Assembly (NCBI RefSeq): GCF_057098645.1 | Contig: NZ_CM169472.1 | DNA: 64,000 nucleotides | Reading direction: 5' to 3' (one strand) | Part shown: piece by piece, positions 37,754 through 48,217 of the stretch | Layout: each line of letters begins with the position of its first letter | Position numbering within the stretch: the first letter of the stretch is position 1 | Made by a program: the position numbers and the translations under genes | Notes under the pieces: generated by a model | The model's database searches: none | Seen by the model: the letters and a program-made list of their open reading frames with translations, nothing else | Told to the model about the DNA's origin: nothing

Positions 37754-39892
37754 TCAACCTATCTGCCCATTTCCCAAATGTTTAACGCGGCGCTTAACTT
37801 CTTCCTGCTTACCGGCGTTAAACGGACGTGCATCCGGGCTACCTAAATATCCGCACACGCGGCGAGTTACCGACACACGGGAGGCGTCATGGTTACCACA
37901 TTTCGGGCAAGTGAAGCCTTTGCTGGTGCACTCGAACTCACCGGTAAAGCCACACTCGTAGCACTCATCAATCGGTGTATTGGTGCCGTAATACGGTACA
38001 TGCTGATAGCTGTAATCCCAGACATCTTCCAGCGCCTTCAGGTTGTGCTGAATGTTTGGATACTCGCCGTAGCAAATGAAACCACCGTTCGCCAGCGGCG
38101 GGTAAGGCGCTTCAAAGTCGATCTTGTCGTACGGGTTCACCTTCTTCTCCACATCGAGGTGGAAACTGTTGGTGTAGTAACCTTTATCGGTCACGCCCGG
38201 CACCACGCCAAACTCAGCAGTATCGAGACGGCAGAAGCGATCGCACAGGTTTTCACTCGGCGTGCTGTAGAGACTGAAACCATAACCCGTTTCTTCTTTC
38301 CACTGATCCACTGCCTGACGCAGACGTTCAACAATGGCGATACCTTTCGCGCGAAGCTGCTCGTTGTCGTAAACATGCTCGCCGCCGAACAGCGCGTTAA
38401 TGGTTTCGTGGATGCCGATGTAACCCAGCGAAATAGACGCACGACCGTTTTTGAAGATTTCAGAAACATCATCGTCAGCATTCAGACGCACGCCACAAGC
38501 ACCTTCCATATAGAGGATCGGGGCCACGCGCGCTTTCACGCCTTCGAGACGAGCGATACGGGTCATCAGCGCCTTACGTGCCAGCACCAGACGTTCATCC
38601 AGCAGCTTCCAGAAGGTGGCTTCATCGCCTTTTGCTTCCAGAGCAATACGCGGCAGGTTCAGGCTGATCACGCCGAGGTTGTTACGACCATCGTGGATCT
38701 GCTCGCCGTTTTCATTTTCCCACACGCCGAGGAAGCTGCGGCAGCCCATCGGAGTTTTAAACGAACCGGTGACTTTCACTACCTGATCGTAGTTCAGGAT
38801 ATCCGGATACATGCGCTTGCTTGCGCACTCCAGCGCCAGCTGTTTGATGTCGTAGTTCGGATCGCCTTTTTTATGGTTCAGGCCATCGCGAATCGCAAAC
38901 ACCAGTTTCGGGAACACCGCAGTTTTACGGTTTTTACCGAGGCCTGCGATACGGTTACGCAGGATAGATTCCTGAATCAGGCGCGACTCCCAGCTGGTGC
39001 CCAGACCAAAACCAAAGGTTACAAACGGCGTCTGACCGTTGGCGGTGTGCAGGGTGTTTACTTCGTACTCCAGCGACTGGAAGGCATCGTAGCACTCTTT
39101 AATGGTACGAGAGTTAGCGTAGCCTTCGGCGTCCGGGATGTTCCACTCTTCTGCGGTCTTGCGATGTTTGTTGTAGCTGGCGGTGACAAACGGTGCCAGC
39201 ACTTCATCGATACGGTTAATGGTGGTGCCGCCATAAATATGGCTGGCGACCTGAGCAATAATCTGCGCAGTTACCGCGGTTGCCGTAGAGATCGACTTCG
39301 GCGGTTCAATCTCGGCGTTCCCCATCTTAAAGCCCTGGGTCAGCATGCCTTTCAGGTCGATCAACATGCAGTTGAACATCGGGAAGAACGGCGAGTAATC
39401 GAGATCGTGATAGTGAATATCGCCACGCTCATGTGCCTGCACCACGTCACGCGGCAGCAGGTGCTGACGTGCATAGTGTTTAGCCACGATCCCGGCCAGC
39501 AGGTCGCGCTGGGTTGGAATCACCTTGCTGTCTTTGTTGGCGTTTTCGTTGAGTAACGAGGCGTTGGTCTGCTCGACCAGACCACGGATCTCCTGGTTCA
39601 GGCGACCGCGTTTTTCACGTTCAATGTCGCGATCGTGACGGTACTCGATGTAAGCACGAGCCAGTTGTTTGTATGGACCTGACATCAGCTGGTTTTCAAC
39701 AGCGGTCTGGATCTCATTGATATCCACCTGGTTGCGGCCCTGCATCTGCTCGCTGACAACCGCAGCAACAGTGGCGCAATAATCTGCATCATCGACTTCC
39801 GCTGCTTTAGCTGCACGCAGAATCGCTTCTTTGATGCGCTCTGATTTAAACGGCACTTTGCAGCCGTCTCGTTTCATCACATGCGGTGTCAT
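37754..39892 (-). CDS. nrdD: anaerobic ribonucleoside-triphosphate reductase (glycyl radical enzyme)
   Basis: 712-aa ORF; C-terminal zinc ribbon and glycyl-radical motif RVCGYLG. Confidence 0.97.
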   Translation of the reverse strand: MTPHVMKRDGCKVPFKSERIKEAILRAAKAAEVDDADYCATVAAVVSEQMQGRNQVDINEIQTAVENQLMSGPYKQLARAYIEYRHDRDIEREKRGRLNQEIRGLVEQTNASLLNENANKDSKVIPTQRDLLAGIVAKHYARQHLLPRDVVQAHERGDIHYHDLDYSPFFPMFNCMLIDLKGMLTQGFKMGNAEIEPPKSISTATAVTAQIIAQVASHIYGGTTINRIDEVLAPFVTASYNKHRKTAEEWNIPDAEGYANSRTIKECYDAFQSLEYEVNTLHTANGQTPFVTFGFGLGTSWESRLIQESILRNRIAGLGKNRKTAVFPKLVFAIRDGLNHKKGDPNYDIKQLALECASKRMYPDILNYDQVVKVTGSFKTPMGCRSFLGVWENENGEQIHDGRNNLGVISLNLPRIALEAKGDEATFWKLLDERLVLARKALMTRIARLEGVKARVAPILYMEGACGVRLNADDDVSEIFKNGRASISLGYIGIHETINALFGGEHVYDNEQLRAKGIAIVERLRQAVDQWKEETGYGFSLYSTPSENLCDRFCRLDTAEFGVVPGVTDKGYYTNSFHLDVEKKVNPYDKIDFEAPYPPLANGGFICYGEYPNIQHNLKALEDVWDYSYQHVPYYGTNTPIDECYECGFTGEFECTSKGFTCPKCGNHDASRVSVTRRVCGYLGSPDARPFNAGKQEEVKRRVKHLGNGQIG

Positions 39893-40096
39893 GATCGCTC
39901 CATATTTTTAAGAACAGGTTATCCACAGAAATTGGGAAAGGCGTTTTCCGGTTTTTTCGTTTCGTTTTCCGGTGCTTTCCGCAATCGCCATCCGCTTATC
40001 CACAACGCCGCACCTTTTTCGTGGGGAGCTGTAGTAGCAATTATAGTCGATTAATACAACATATTGGGTTGGGATGCATTTTAAAGTCTATATATA

Positions 40097-40141
40097 GTGC
40101 TTTGCATCAAGGATGTTTGAACTTTTTTTGATGTAGCTCAA
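40097..40141 (-). promoter_or_regulatory. tandem FNR-binding sites of the nrdDG promoter
   Basis: On the nrdD strand: TTGAGctacATCAA (40128..40141) and TTGATgcaaAGCAC (40097..40110), 31 bp apart, followed by tatata -10-like; nrdDG is FNR-activated. Confidence 0.5.
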
Positions 40142-40285
40142 AGTAAAAAGCAGAGCGTACGGATGACGGGCGCTACAGCGTTATGTAAATTTTTTAATGA
40201 ATTTGCTGGTTGAAAAATCAACAAAAACAACATGCTGACAGACAAAACCCCGGAATGACAGGCATTACCGGGGCTTAGCGAAGAT

Positions 40286-41941
40286 TTACTTCTGTAACCA
40301 CCAGACAGCCTCAAAAGGCCGTAGAGTCATGGCACAGGGTTGTGGTGAGGCTTCTTCGTAGTTATGCATCACAAGCTGCCAGTTGCCGCGCATTTGCCCT
40401 GGCTGCCAGGGTTGGATCTCACGGCTAAGGTTGGCAATGACCAGCAAGGTTTGCCCCTTCCATTCACGGCGATAGCACCACAATACAGGGCTGTTTGGCA
40501 GCAGATCCTGGTAATTGCCCCATGTCAGGATGGCTTCCTGCTTACGCAGTGCGATTAACTTTTGGTAGGTGTAAAACACCGAGGAATCATCGGCCAACGC
40601 GGCTTCTACGTTGATTTGTTGATAGTTATCGCCCAGGCCAATCCACGGTTCGCCAGCCGTAAACCCGGCATTATCGCCGTTGCTCCATTGCATGGGCGTG
40701 CGGCTGTTGTCACGGGATTTACTGGCGAGGATTGCCAATAACTCGTCGGCATCACGCCCATCGTTGCGCAGCTCGGCAAACATATTGAGGCTCTCTACGT
40801 CGCGATAGTCAGTAATGCGCGTGAAATGCGGGTTAGTCATGCCAATCTCTTCGCCCTGGTAGATATACGGCGTTCCCTGCATGCCATGCAGCACCATCGC
40901 CAGCATTTTTGCCGCAGGCACGCGGTATTCACCTTCATCACCAAAGCGAGAAACAATGCGCGGCTGATCGTGGTTACACCAGAACAAGGCATTCCATGCC
41001 ACGTTGTGCATTCCTTGTTGCCAGTGGCGGAACAATGTTTTCAACGCCACAAAGTCAGGTTTAGCCAGCGTCCATTTTTCACCACCGGGATAATCGACCT
41101 TCAGGTGATGAAAATTAAATGTCATCGATAATTCACTGCCTGTCAGTGCCGCGTATCGCTGGCAATGCTCAAGGCTGGTGGAGGACATTTCACCTACGGT
41201 CATTAACCCGCGTGGCGTAAACACATCGCGGTTCATCTCGTGCAAAAACTCGTGTGCTCGTGGCCCGTCGGTGTAGAAGCGACGCCCGTCGCCGTCCAGG
41301 TCTTCAGGGAAACGCGGGTCTTTGGAGATCAGATTCACCACATCCAGGCGCAACCCGTCGACCCCACGATCGGCCCAGAACTCACAGACTTTTTTCAGCT
41401 CTGCGCGTACCGCTGGATTCTCCCAGTTGAGATCCGCCTGTTCTGGTGCAAAGAGATGCAAATAGTACTGTTCGCTTTCCGCATGCCAGCGCCACGCACT
41501 ACCGCCAAATTTTGAACGCCAGTTGTTCGGTGGCGTTTCTGGTTCGCCATCGCGCCAGATATAAAACTGGCGGTAAGGGCTTTCTTTGTTCAGCGCCTCG
41601 CGAAACCAGGCATGTTGGGTAGAGGTATGGTTAAACACCATATCGAGAATGATACGAATCCCGCGCGATTTTGCCTGCGTCACCAGTTCGTCAAAATCGT
41701 CCAGCGTGCCGTAGGTGGGATCAATCGCCGTATAGTTCGCTACGTCGTAACCGTTATCGACCTGGGGAGAGACATAAAAGGGGGTTAGCCAGATGGCATC
41801 AACGCCCAGTTTATGCAGATAGTCCAGGCGTTGGATAACGCCACGTAAATCGCCGGTGCCGCTACCCGTGGTGTCCTGAAAACTCTTTGGATAAATCTGG
41901 TAGATAACGCCGTTTTGCCACCAGTGGGGAAGATTAGTCAT
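40286..41941 (-). CDS. treC: trehalose-6-phosphate hydrolase
   Basis: 551 aa from MTNLPHWWQNGVIYQIYPKSF (GH13 family). Confidence 0.95.
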   Translation of the reverse strand: MTNLPHWWQNGVIYQIYPKSFQDTTGSGTGDLRGVIQRLDYLHKLGVDAIWLTPFYVSPQVDNGYDVANYTAIDPTYGTLDDFDELVTQAKSRGIRIILDMVFNHTSTQHAWFREALNKESPYRQFYIWRDGEPETPPNNWRSKFGGSAWRWHAESEQYYLHLFAPEQADLNWENPAVRAELKKVCEFWADRGVDGLRLDVVNLISKDPRFPEDLDGDGRRFYTDGPRAHEFLHEMNRDVFTPRGLMTVGEMSSTSLEHCQRYAALTGSELSMTFNFHHLKVDYPGGEKWTLAKPDFVALKTLFRHWQQGMHNVAWNALFWCNHDQPRIVSRFGDEGEYRVPAAKMLAMVLHGMQGTPYIYQGEEIGMTNPHFTRITDYRDVESLNMFAELRNDGRDADELLAILASKSRDNSRTPMQWSNGDNAGFTAGEPWIGLGDNYQQINVEAALADDSSVFYTYQKLIALRKQEAILTWGNYQDLLPNSPVLWCYRREWKGQTLLVIANLSREIQPWQPGQMRGNWQLVMHNYEEASPQPCAMTLRPFEAVWWLQK

Positions 41942-41990
41942 TACGTTATTCCTGCAAATGCGAGGGGGCGCAATTGCGCCCCGAAGAAAA

Positions 41991-43412
41991 TTAAACAATG
42001 TCCAGCGTGCCCAGGCGGTATTTCCGCTGATAGATAAACGAGGTGAGTACAATCGGGATGATGATGGCGATAGCCATTGCCAGCGCAAACACCTGCCAGT
42101 AGCTCGGTTGAATCGAGAGAATTCCCGGCAGGCCGCCTACGCCGATGCCATTCGCCATAACGCCGTTCAGGCCGCATAGCAATCCTGCCAGACCAGAACC
42201 AATCATCGCGCACAGCATCGGGAAGCGATATTTCAGGTTGATGCCGTACATTGCAGGCTCAGTGACCCCAAGCCAGGCGGAGATCGCCGCAGGCACGGAG
42301 ATCTCGCGTTCATTGTGTTTGCGGCTGGAAATGATAATGCCTATCACGGCGGAGCCCTGAGCGATATTCGACAGCGCAATCAGCGGCCACACTGGCGTAC
42401 CACCCATGCTTTGAATCATCTGCAAATCAATAGCAAGCGTGGTCTGGTGTACCCCGGTGATCACCAGCGGGGCGTACAGGAAGCCAAACAATGCCGCGCC
42501 AATCGGAGCAAAGCTGCCGGTCATCAGGTGACGTACCGCAAAGGCAACGCCATCGCCAATCATGCGACCAAACGGACCAATCAGCGCATGGGCGAGGAAC
42601 ACCGCGAGGATCAGCGAACAGACGGGCACCACCACCAGATAGAGGTAATCTGGCACGATGCGTTTAAGGCGAGTTTCAATAACGCCCAGCGCCAGCCCGG
42701 CTAACAGTGCCGGGATCACCTGCGCCTGATAGCCCACTTTGGCGATGCTGAACATGCCAAAGTCCCACACTTCCGGCAGCTGCTGCCCGAGCAGATAAGC
42801 GTTCATCAGCTGGGGGGAAACCAGTGTCACGCCAAGCACGATACCAAGGATCGGCGTGCCGCCCATTTTTTTCACCGCTGACCAGCAAATCCCGACCGGC
42901 AGGTAGAAGAAGATCGCTTCACCGATCAACCACAGAAAATCGTAGATCGTTTGCAGGGAAGGGTACATTTGCGCCAGCGTTTGACCGTTGCTCATGGGCA
43001 AATCGCCGATCACATTGCGAAAACCGAGGATCAAACCGCCGCTGATCAACGCGGGCAGCAACGGGAAGAAGATCTCCGCGAAATGAGAGATCAACTGCTC
43101 ATGCCATTTCATATTCTGCCGGGCGGCTTTTTTTACCTGCTCTTTATCAACCTGCGCCTGTCCGGTTGACGCTATCAGTGCTTGATAGTAATCACCCACG
43201 TTGGTGCCAATCACCACCTGAAATTGCCCGGCATTGGTGAAACAGCCTTTCACCATGGGGAGTTGCTCAATTTCTTTCGGTCTGGCATTGGCCGGTTGGT
43301 TGAGGACAAAGCGCAGGCGAGTAATACAGTGGCTCACCGTCGCAATATTGCCGCGCCCGCCGACCAGTTCAATCAACCGATCGATATCCGTTTGGTTTAT
43401 TTTGCTCATCAT
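41991..43412 (-). CDS. treB: PTS trehalose-specific EIIBC component
   Basis: 473-aa ORF, EIIB cysteine motif near N-terminus, polytopic EIIC. Confidence 0.95.
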   Translation of the reverse strand: MMSKINQTDIDRLIELVGGRGNIATVSHCITRLRFVLNQPANARPKEIEQLPMVKGCFTNAGQFQVVIGTNVGDYYQALIASTGQAQVDKEQVKKAARQNMKWHEQLISHFAEIFFPLLPALISGGLILGFRNVIGDLPMSNGQTLAQMYPSLQTIYDFLWLIGEAIFFYLPVGICWSAVKKMGGTPILGIVLGVTLVSPQLMNAYLLGQQLPEVWDFGMFSIAKVGYQAQVIPALLAGLALGVIETRLKRIVPDYLYLVVVPVCSLILAVFLAHALIGPFGRMIGDGVAFAVRHLMTGSFAPIGAALFGFLYAPLVITGVHQTTLAIDLQMIQSMGGTPVWPLIALSNIAQGSAVIGIIISSRKHNEREISVPAAISAWLGVTEPAMYGINLKYRFPMLCAMIGSGLAGLLCGLNGVMANGIGVGGLPGILSIQPSYWQVFALAMAIAIIIPIVLTSFIYQRKYRLGTLDIV

Positions 43413-43477
43413 AAAGCCCCATGGCAGATGACATTTTTGGTTGGCTGCAGAATATATTGCGCGGAAAAATTTAAAAA

Positions 43478-43491
43478 CGGGAACGTTCCCG
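43478..43491. promoter_or_regulatory. candidate TreR operator (perfect palindrome) in treB promoter
   Basis: cgggaacgttcccg, 14-bp perfect palindrome with central CG, 66 bp upstream of treB start. Confidence 0.45.
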
Positions 43492-43530
43492 AAACGCAGC
43501 GAAGATCACAATTTATCGTTCAGGAAACGA

Positions 43531-44478
43531 TCAGGACAGGGTGGCGGGGATGATGATTTGTTGCGGTTCGCTGCGCCCGGTTACCTGCGCGATCAACTGG
43601 CAGGCCGCCTGGCGTCCAGCTTCGGCGTAACCAGGATCTACGGTGACGATCTCCGGATGAAGGAATTTCATTAATGGCGTATTACCGACGCTCGCCAGTT
43701 GCAAGGTGTCGATGCGTTGTTCTTGCAGGTATTTACTTGCGCCAAGTGCCAGCGTGTCGGTTGCGCACAGTAAGGCAGTAGTTTCAGGCGTAATCACTTT
43801 TGCTACGTTCTCATAGCCTTGCTTCATAGCAAGGCCTGGCAGGGCGGCAACGGGATGCAGTTTATGCGCTTTGCAGAACGCCAGGTAGGCTTCGTGACGT
43901 CGCTTCCCGGTCGTCACGTCACTATGCGGCACGCCGAGATAACTGATATTGCGATGCCCCTGGTCATACAGCCGTTGCATCAGGATCTTGATTGCCCCTT
44001 CGTCGTCATAACAGACCGAAGCAAAGCCTTTTGCGTCACGCGCCAACAGAACCAGCGATGACTGCCAGTGGGCTAACATTTCTTCTGTTATGCCGGTAAA
44101 ACCGAACAGCACTACGCCGTCGATATTACGCCGTTTCAGCACCCCCAAATGTTCGGCAACTAATTGCGGGGAAAACTGACTTTCCATCATGATTGGATCG
44201 TAACCTTGTTCATAGAACGCTGGCAGCATGGTTTGAACGGCGAGATTTTCTGACAACGAATCCAGACGGGTGACAATGATGGCGACCACTTTATCGCTTT
44301 GCCCACGCATAGCGCGCGCAGAGCGGGAAGGGGAAAATCCATGCTGATTCATCACTGCTTCAACACGCTCGCGGGTGCGCTGGCTCACGCCGCTTTCGTT
44401 ATTCAGCACCCGGGAAACTGTAGATTTCCCCACGCCGCTTAAGCGCGCGATGTCTTTGATGGTCAGCCGATTTTGCAT
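43531..44478 (-). CDS. treR: trehalose operon repressor (LacI family)
   Basis: 315-aa ORF with N-terminal HTH LTIKDIARLSGVGKSTVSRVLN. Confidence 0.95.
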   Translation of the reverse strand: MQNRLTIKDIARLSGVGKSTVSRVLNNESGVSQRTRERVEAVMNQHGFSPSRSARAMRGQSDKVVAIIVTRLDSLSENLAVQTMLPAFYEQGYDPIMMESQFSPQLVAEHLGVLKRRNIDGVVLFGFTGITEEMLAHWQSSLVLLARDAKGFASVCYDDEGAIKILMQRLYDQGHRNISYLGVPHSDVTTGKRRHEAYLAFCKAHKLHPVAALPGLAMKQGYENVAKVITPETTALLCATDTLALGASKYLQEQRIDTLQLASVGNTPLMKFLHPEIVTVDPGYAEAGRQAACQLIAQVTGRSEPQQIIIPATLS

Positions 44479-44551
44479 CCTGTTGTCCTGTAACGTGTTG
44501 TTTAATTATTTGAGCCTAACTTTACCCGTGCATTCAGCAATGGGTAAAGTC

Positions 44552-44569
44552 TGGTTTATCGTTGGTTTA
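44552..44569 (+). promoter_or_regulatory. PhoP box of the mgtA promoter
   Basis: Direct repeat tGGTTTAtcgttGGTTTAg. Confidence 0.65.
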
Positions 44570-44662
44570 GTTGCCAGCAGGTATTATATCGCCATAGATG
44601 CTACGAATATTATTGGATTCTCCTTATTATTTGCGGCGCTTTTTTCACTTACCGGAGGTTAT

Positions 44663-44716
44663 ATGGAACCTGATCCCACGCCTCTCCCTCGACGGAGATT
44701 AAAACTTTTCCGGTAA
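44663..44716 (+). CDS. mgtL: mgtA leader peptide MgtL (proline-rich, 17 aa)
   Basis: [20 protein letters not shown] at 44663, within the mgtA 5' leader. Confidence 0.8.
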
Positions 44717-44856
44717 GCCCGTCTTTTCACGGCGTTACCGGATGCGTAAGGCCGTGACGTTTTAACGTCCCTGCTCAGCTTTATTACCTTCAGGTAAGGC
44801 TTCGCCACGCCTGAAGACATTTCTGTACTGTTTCAGACAGTGCGGAGGGACTCCTT

Positions 44857-47553
44857 ATGTTTAAAGAAATTTTTACCCGGCTCATTCGCCATTTACCTTC
44901 CCGTCTGGTTCATCGTGATCCATTGCCTGGCGCGCAGCAGACAGTGAATACGGTGGTCCCGCCGTCCTTAAGTGCGCATTGCCTGAAAATGGCGGTGACG
45001 CCCGAAGAAGAATTGTGGAAAACGTTCGACACTCATCCGGAAGGGTTAAATCAGGCGGAAGTGGAATCTGCCCGCGAACAACATGGTGAAAATAAATTAC
45101 CCGCACAACAACCGTCGCCGTGGTGGGTACATTTATGGGTCTGCTATCGCAACCCCTTTAATATTTTACTCACCATTCTCGGCGCTATTTCTTACGCCAC
45201 GGAAGATTTATTTGCCGCGGGCGTTATCGCGCTAATGGTCGCTATTTCAACGTTGCTGAACTTTATTCAGGAAGCACGTTCCACTAAAGCGGCAGATGCC
45301 CTGAAAGCGATGGTCAGCAATACCGCGACGGTGCTGCGCGTAATTAACGACAAAGGAGAAAATGGCTGGCTGGAGATCCCGATCGACCAGCTGGTGCCCG
45401 GCGATATTATAAAACTGGCGGCGGGAGATATGATCCCGGCAGATTTACGTATCTTGCAGGCGCGGGATCTGTTCGTCGCTCAGGCGTCGTTAACCGGTGA
45501 GTCTCTGCCCGTGGAAAAAGCCGCTACCACTCGCCAGCCGGAGCACAGCAATCCGCTGGAGTGCGACACGCTGTGTTTTATGGGCACCACCGTGGTGAGC
45601 GGCACGGCACAAGCAATGGTGATTGCTACAGGTGCCAATACCTGGTTTGGTCAACTGGCGGGGCGTGTTAGTGAGCAGGAAAGCGAGCCGAATGCCTTTC
45701 AGCAAGGGATCAGCCGCGTCAGTATGCTGCTGATTCGCTTTATGCTGGTGATGGCACCGGTGGTGCTGTTAATCAATGGTTACACCAAAGGCGACTGGTG
45801 GGAAGCGGCGCTGTTTGCGCTTTCGGTCGCGGTAGGCCTAACGCCGGAAATGTTGCCGATGATTGTTACCTCGACGCTGGCGCGCGGCGCAGTAAAGCTG
45901 TCGAAACAGAAAGTGATCGTCAAACATCTGGATGCTATTCAGAACTTTGGCGCAATGGATATTCTGTGCACTGATAAAACCGGCACCCTGACGCAGGATA
46001 AAATTGTGCTGGAGAATCATACCGATATCTCCGGTAAAACCAGCGAACGCGTGCTGCATAGCGCGTGGTTGAACAGTCATTATCAGACCGGACTTAAAAA
46101 CCTGCTCGATACAGCGGTGCTCGAAGGTACGGATGAAGAGTCAGCGCGCTCGCTGGCCAGTCGTTGGCAAAAAATCGATGAGATTCCGTTTGATTTCGAG
46201 CGTCGCCGGATGTCGGTGGTAGTGGCAGAAAATACCGAGCACCATCAGCTGGTTTGCAAAGGTGCATTGCAGGAAATCCTCAATGTGTGTTCGCAGGTGC
46301 GTCACAATGGCGAGATTGTGCCGCTCGATGACATCATGCTGCGTAAGATTAAGCGGGTTACTGATACGCTGAATCGTCAGGGGCTGCGCGTGGTTGCGGT
46401 GGCGACGAAATACCTGCCAGCGCGTGAAGGAGATTACCAGCGGGCGGATGAATCCGACCTGATCCTCGAAGGATATATTGCTTTTCTTGATCCGCCAAAA
46501 GAGACAACCGCTCCGGCACTGAAGGCATTAAAAGCGAGTGGAATTACCGTAAAAATCCTTACTGGCGACAGTGAGTTAGTTGCAGCGAAAGTGTGCCATG
46601 AAGTGGGGCTGGACGCGGGAGAGGTGGTCATTGGTAGTGATATTGAAACGCTATCTGACGACGAACTGGCAAATCTTGCACAGCGCACCACGCTGTTTGC
46701 CCGCCTGACGCCGATGCATAAAGAACGCATTGTGACCTTACTGAAGCGCGAAGGGCATGTGGTTGGCTTTATGGGCGATGGTATTAATGATGCGCCCGCC
46801 TTACGCGCTGCGGATATCGGCATTTCTGTGGACGGCGCGGTAGATATTGCCCGTGAAGCGGCTGATATCATCCTGCTGGAAAAAAGCCTGATGGTGCTGG
46901 AAGAGGGGGTTATTGAGGGACGTCGCACTTTCGCCAACATGCTGAAATACATCAAAATGACGGCGAGCTCTAACTTCGGTAATGTGTTCAGCGTGCTGGT
47001 GGCGAGTGCTTTCTTGCCCTTCCTGCCGATGTTGCCGTTACACTTGCTTATTCAGAACTTGCTGTACGATGTGTCACAGGTGGCGATCCCGTTTGATAAC
47101 GTCGACGACGAGCAAATTCAAAAGCCGCAGCGTTGGAATCCGGCGGATCTGGGGCGCTTTATGATCTTCTTCGGACCGATCAGCTCGATCTTCGATATTC
47201 TGACGTTTTGCCTGATGTGGTGGGTATTCCATGCCAACACGCCGGAAACACAAACGCTGTTCCAGTCGGGATGGTTTGTGGTGGGCTTACTGTCGCAAAC
47301 GCTGATTGTGCATATGATCCGCACCCGCCGTGTGCCGTTTATTCAGAGCTGTGCATCGTGGCCGTTAATGATCATGACCGTGATCGTGATGATTGTCGGG
47401 ATCGCATTGCCGTTTTCACCGCTGGCCAGTTATCTGCAATTACAGGCGCTGCCGTTAAGCTATTTCCCGTGGCTGGTTGCGATTCTGGCAGGGTATATGA
47501 CATTAACCCAGTTGGTGAAAGGGTTCTATAGCCGTCGTTACGGCTGGCAATAA
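44857..47553 (+). CDS. mgtA: Mg2+-importing P-type ATPase MgtA
   Basis: 898-aa ORF with DKTGTLT phosphorylation motif and GDGINDAPAL. Confidence 0.96.
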   Translation: MFKEIFTRLIRHLPSRLVHRDPLPGAQQTVNTVVPPSLSAHCLKMAVTPEEELWKTFDTHPEGLNQAEVESAREQHGENKLPAQQPSPWWVHLWVCYRNPFNILLTILGAISYATEDLFAAGVIALMVAISTLLNFIQEARSTKAADALKAMVSNTATVLRVINDKGENGWLEIPIDQLVPGDIIKLAAGDMIPADLRILQARDLFVAQASLTGESLPVEKAATTRQPEHSNPLECDTLCFMGTTVVSGTAQAMVIATGANTWFGQLAGRVSEQESEPNAFQQGISRVSMLLIRFMLVMAPVVLLINGYTKGDWWEAALFALSVAVGLTPEMLPMIVTSTLARGAVKLSKQKVIVKHLDAIQNFGAMDILCTDKTGTLTQDKIVLENHTDISGKTSERVLHSAWLNSHYQTGLKNLLDTAVLEGTDEESARSLASRWQKIDEIPFDFERRRMSVVVAENTEHHQLVCKGALQEILNVCSQVRHNGEIVPLDDIMLRKIKRVTDTLNRQGLRVVAVATKYLPAREGDYQRADESDLILEGYIAFLDPPKETTAPALKALKASGITVKILTGDSELVAAKVCHEVGLDAGEVVIGSDIETLSDDELANLAQRTTLFARLTPMHKERIVTLLKREGHVVGFMGDGINDAPALRAADIGISVDGAVDIAREAADIILLEKSLMVLEEGVIEGRRTFANMLKYIKMTASSNFGNVFSVLVASAFLPFLPMLPLHLLIQNLLYDVSQVAIPFDNVDDEQIQKPQRWNPADLGRFMIFFGPISSIFDILTFCLMWWVFHANTPETQTLFQSGWFVVGLLSQTLIVHMIRTRRVPFIQSCASWPLMIMTVIVMIVGIALPFSPLASYLQLQALPLSYFPWLVAILAGYMTLTQLVKGFYSRRYGWQ

Positions 47554-47599
47554 AGAATAAACTGGGCACGATAGCCCCGATTCAGATTGCAGACAAAGT

Positions 47600-47710
47600 A
47601 AGCTTTGTTCATGCCGGATGCGGCGTAAATGCCTTATCCGGCCAACAAATTCAATAAATTGCAGGAATCACGTAGGCCTGATAAGCGTAGCGCATCAGGC
47701 GATTTTGCGT
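47600..47710. repeat. REP/BIME elements
   Basis: gccggatgcggcgtaaatgccttatccggcc and taggcctgataagcg...gcatcaggc motifs between mgtA and ridA. Confidence 0.5.
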
Positions 47711-47758
47711 TTGTCATCAGACTTAATCCGGGCATGATAGCCCGGATTTCCATCAAGA

Positions 47759-48145
47759 TTAGCGACGAACAGCGATCGCTTCGATCTCAATCTTCACGTC
47801 TTTCGGCAGACGGGCAACTTCAACGCAAGAACGTGCCGGGAAGGTGGCGTTGTGTTCGGTGAAGAAGGCTTCGTAAGTGGCGTTTACGGTTGCGAAGTCG
47901 TTCAGATCTTTCACAAACACGGTGGTTTTAACGATGTCGCCCACTTTCAGGCCAGCGGCTTCGACGATCGCTTTTACGTTATCCAGCGACTGACGTGCCT
48001 GTGCAGCGACGTCTGCCGGTACTTCGCCCGTTTTCGGATTTACCGGGATCTGACCGGAGGTGATGATCATATTGCCCAGATCAACGCCCTGTACGTAAGG
48101 ACCGATAGCTGCCGGTGCATTTTCCGTCGCGATAGTTTTGCTCAT
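47759..48145 (-). CDS. ridA: 2-iminobutanoate/2-iminopropanoate deaminase RidA (YjgF)
   Basis: 128 aa from MSKTIATENAPAAIGPYVQG. Confidence 0.93.
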   Translation of the reverse strand: MSKTIATENAPAAIGPYVQGVDLGNMIITSGQIPVNPKTGEVPADVAAQARQSLDNVKAIVEAAGLKVGDIVKTTVFVKDLNDFATVNATYEAFFTEHNATFPARSCVEVARLPKDVKIEIEAIAVRR

Positions 48146-48217
48146 GATTTCTCCTTTATTACAGCGGTAAAAAGTCTGGCTCATTATAGGGAGCCAGACT
48201 TTTATTACCAACCGCAA

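Noticed and set aside
37889-39556. 555-aa ORF on the plus strand
   Set aside because: It lies entirely antisense to nrdD, whose translation has unmistakable anaerobic ribonucleotide reductase motifs; long antisense ORFs are common in GC-biased coding DNA.
40220-40235. FNR/CRP-like motif ttgaaaaatcaa downstream of treC
   Set aside because: Half-site spacing is 2 bp too short for an FNR or CRP site and it lies in a terminator region after treC.
44375-44716. 113-aa ORF spanning treR start and the mgtA leader
   Set aside because: Only its last 17 codons (mgtL) are a real coding unit; the upstream part overlaps the treR N-terminus in antisense and the mgtA promoter.
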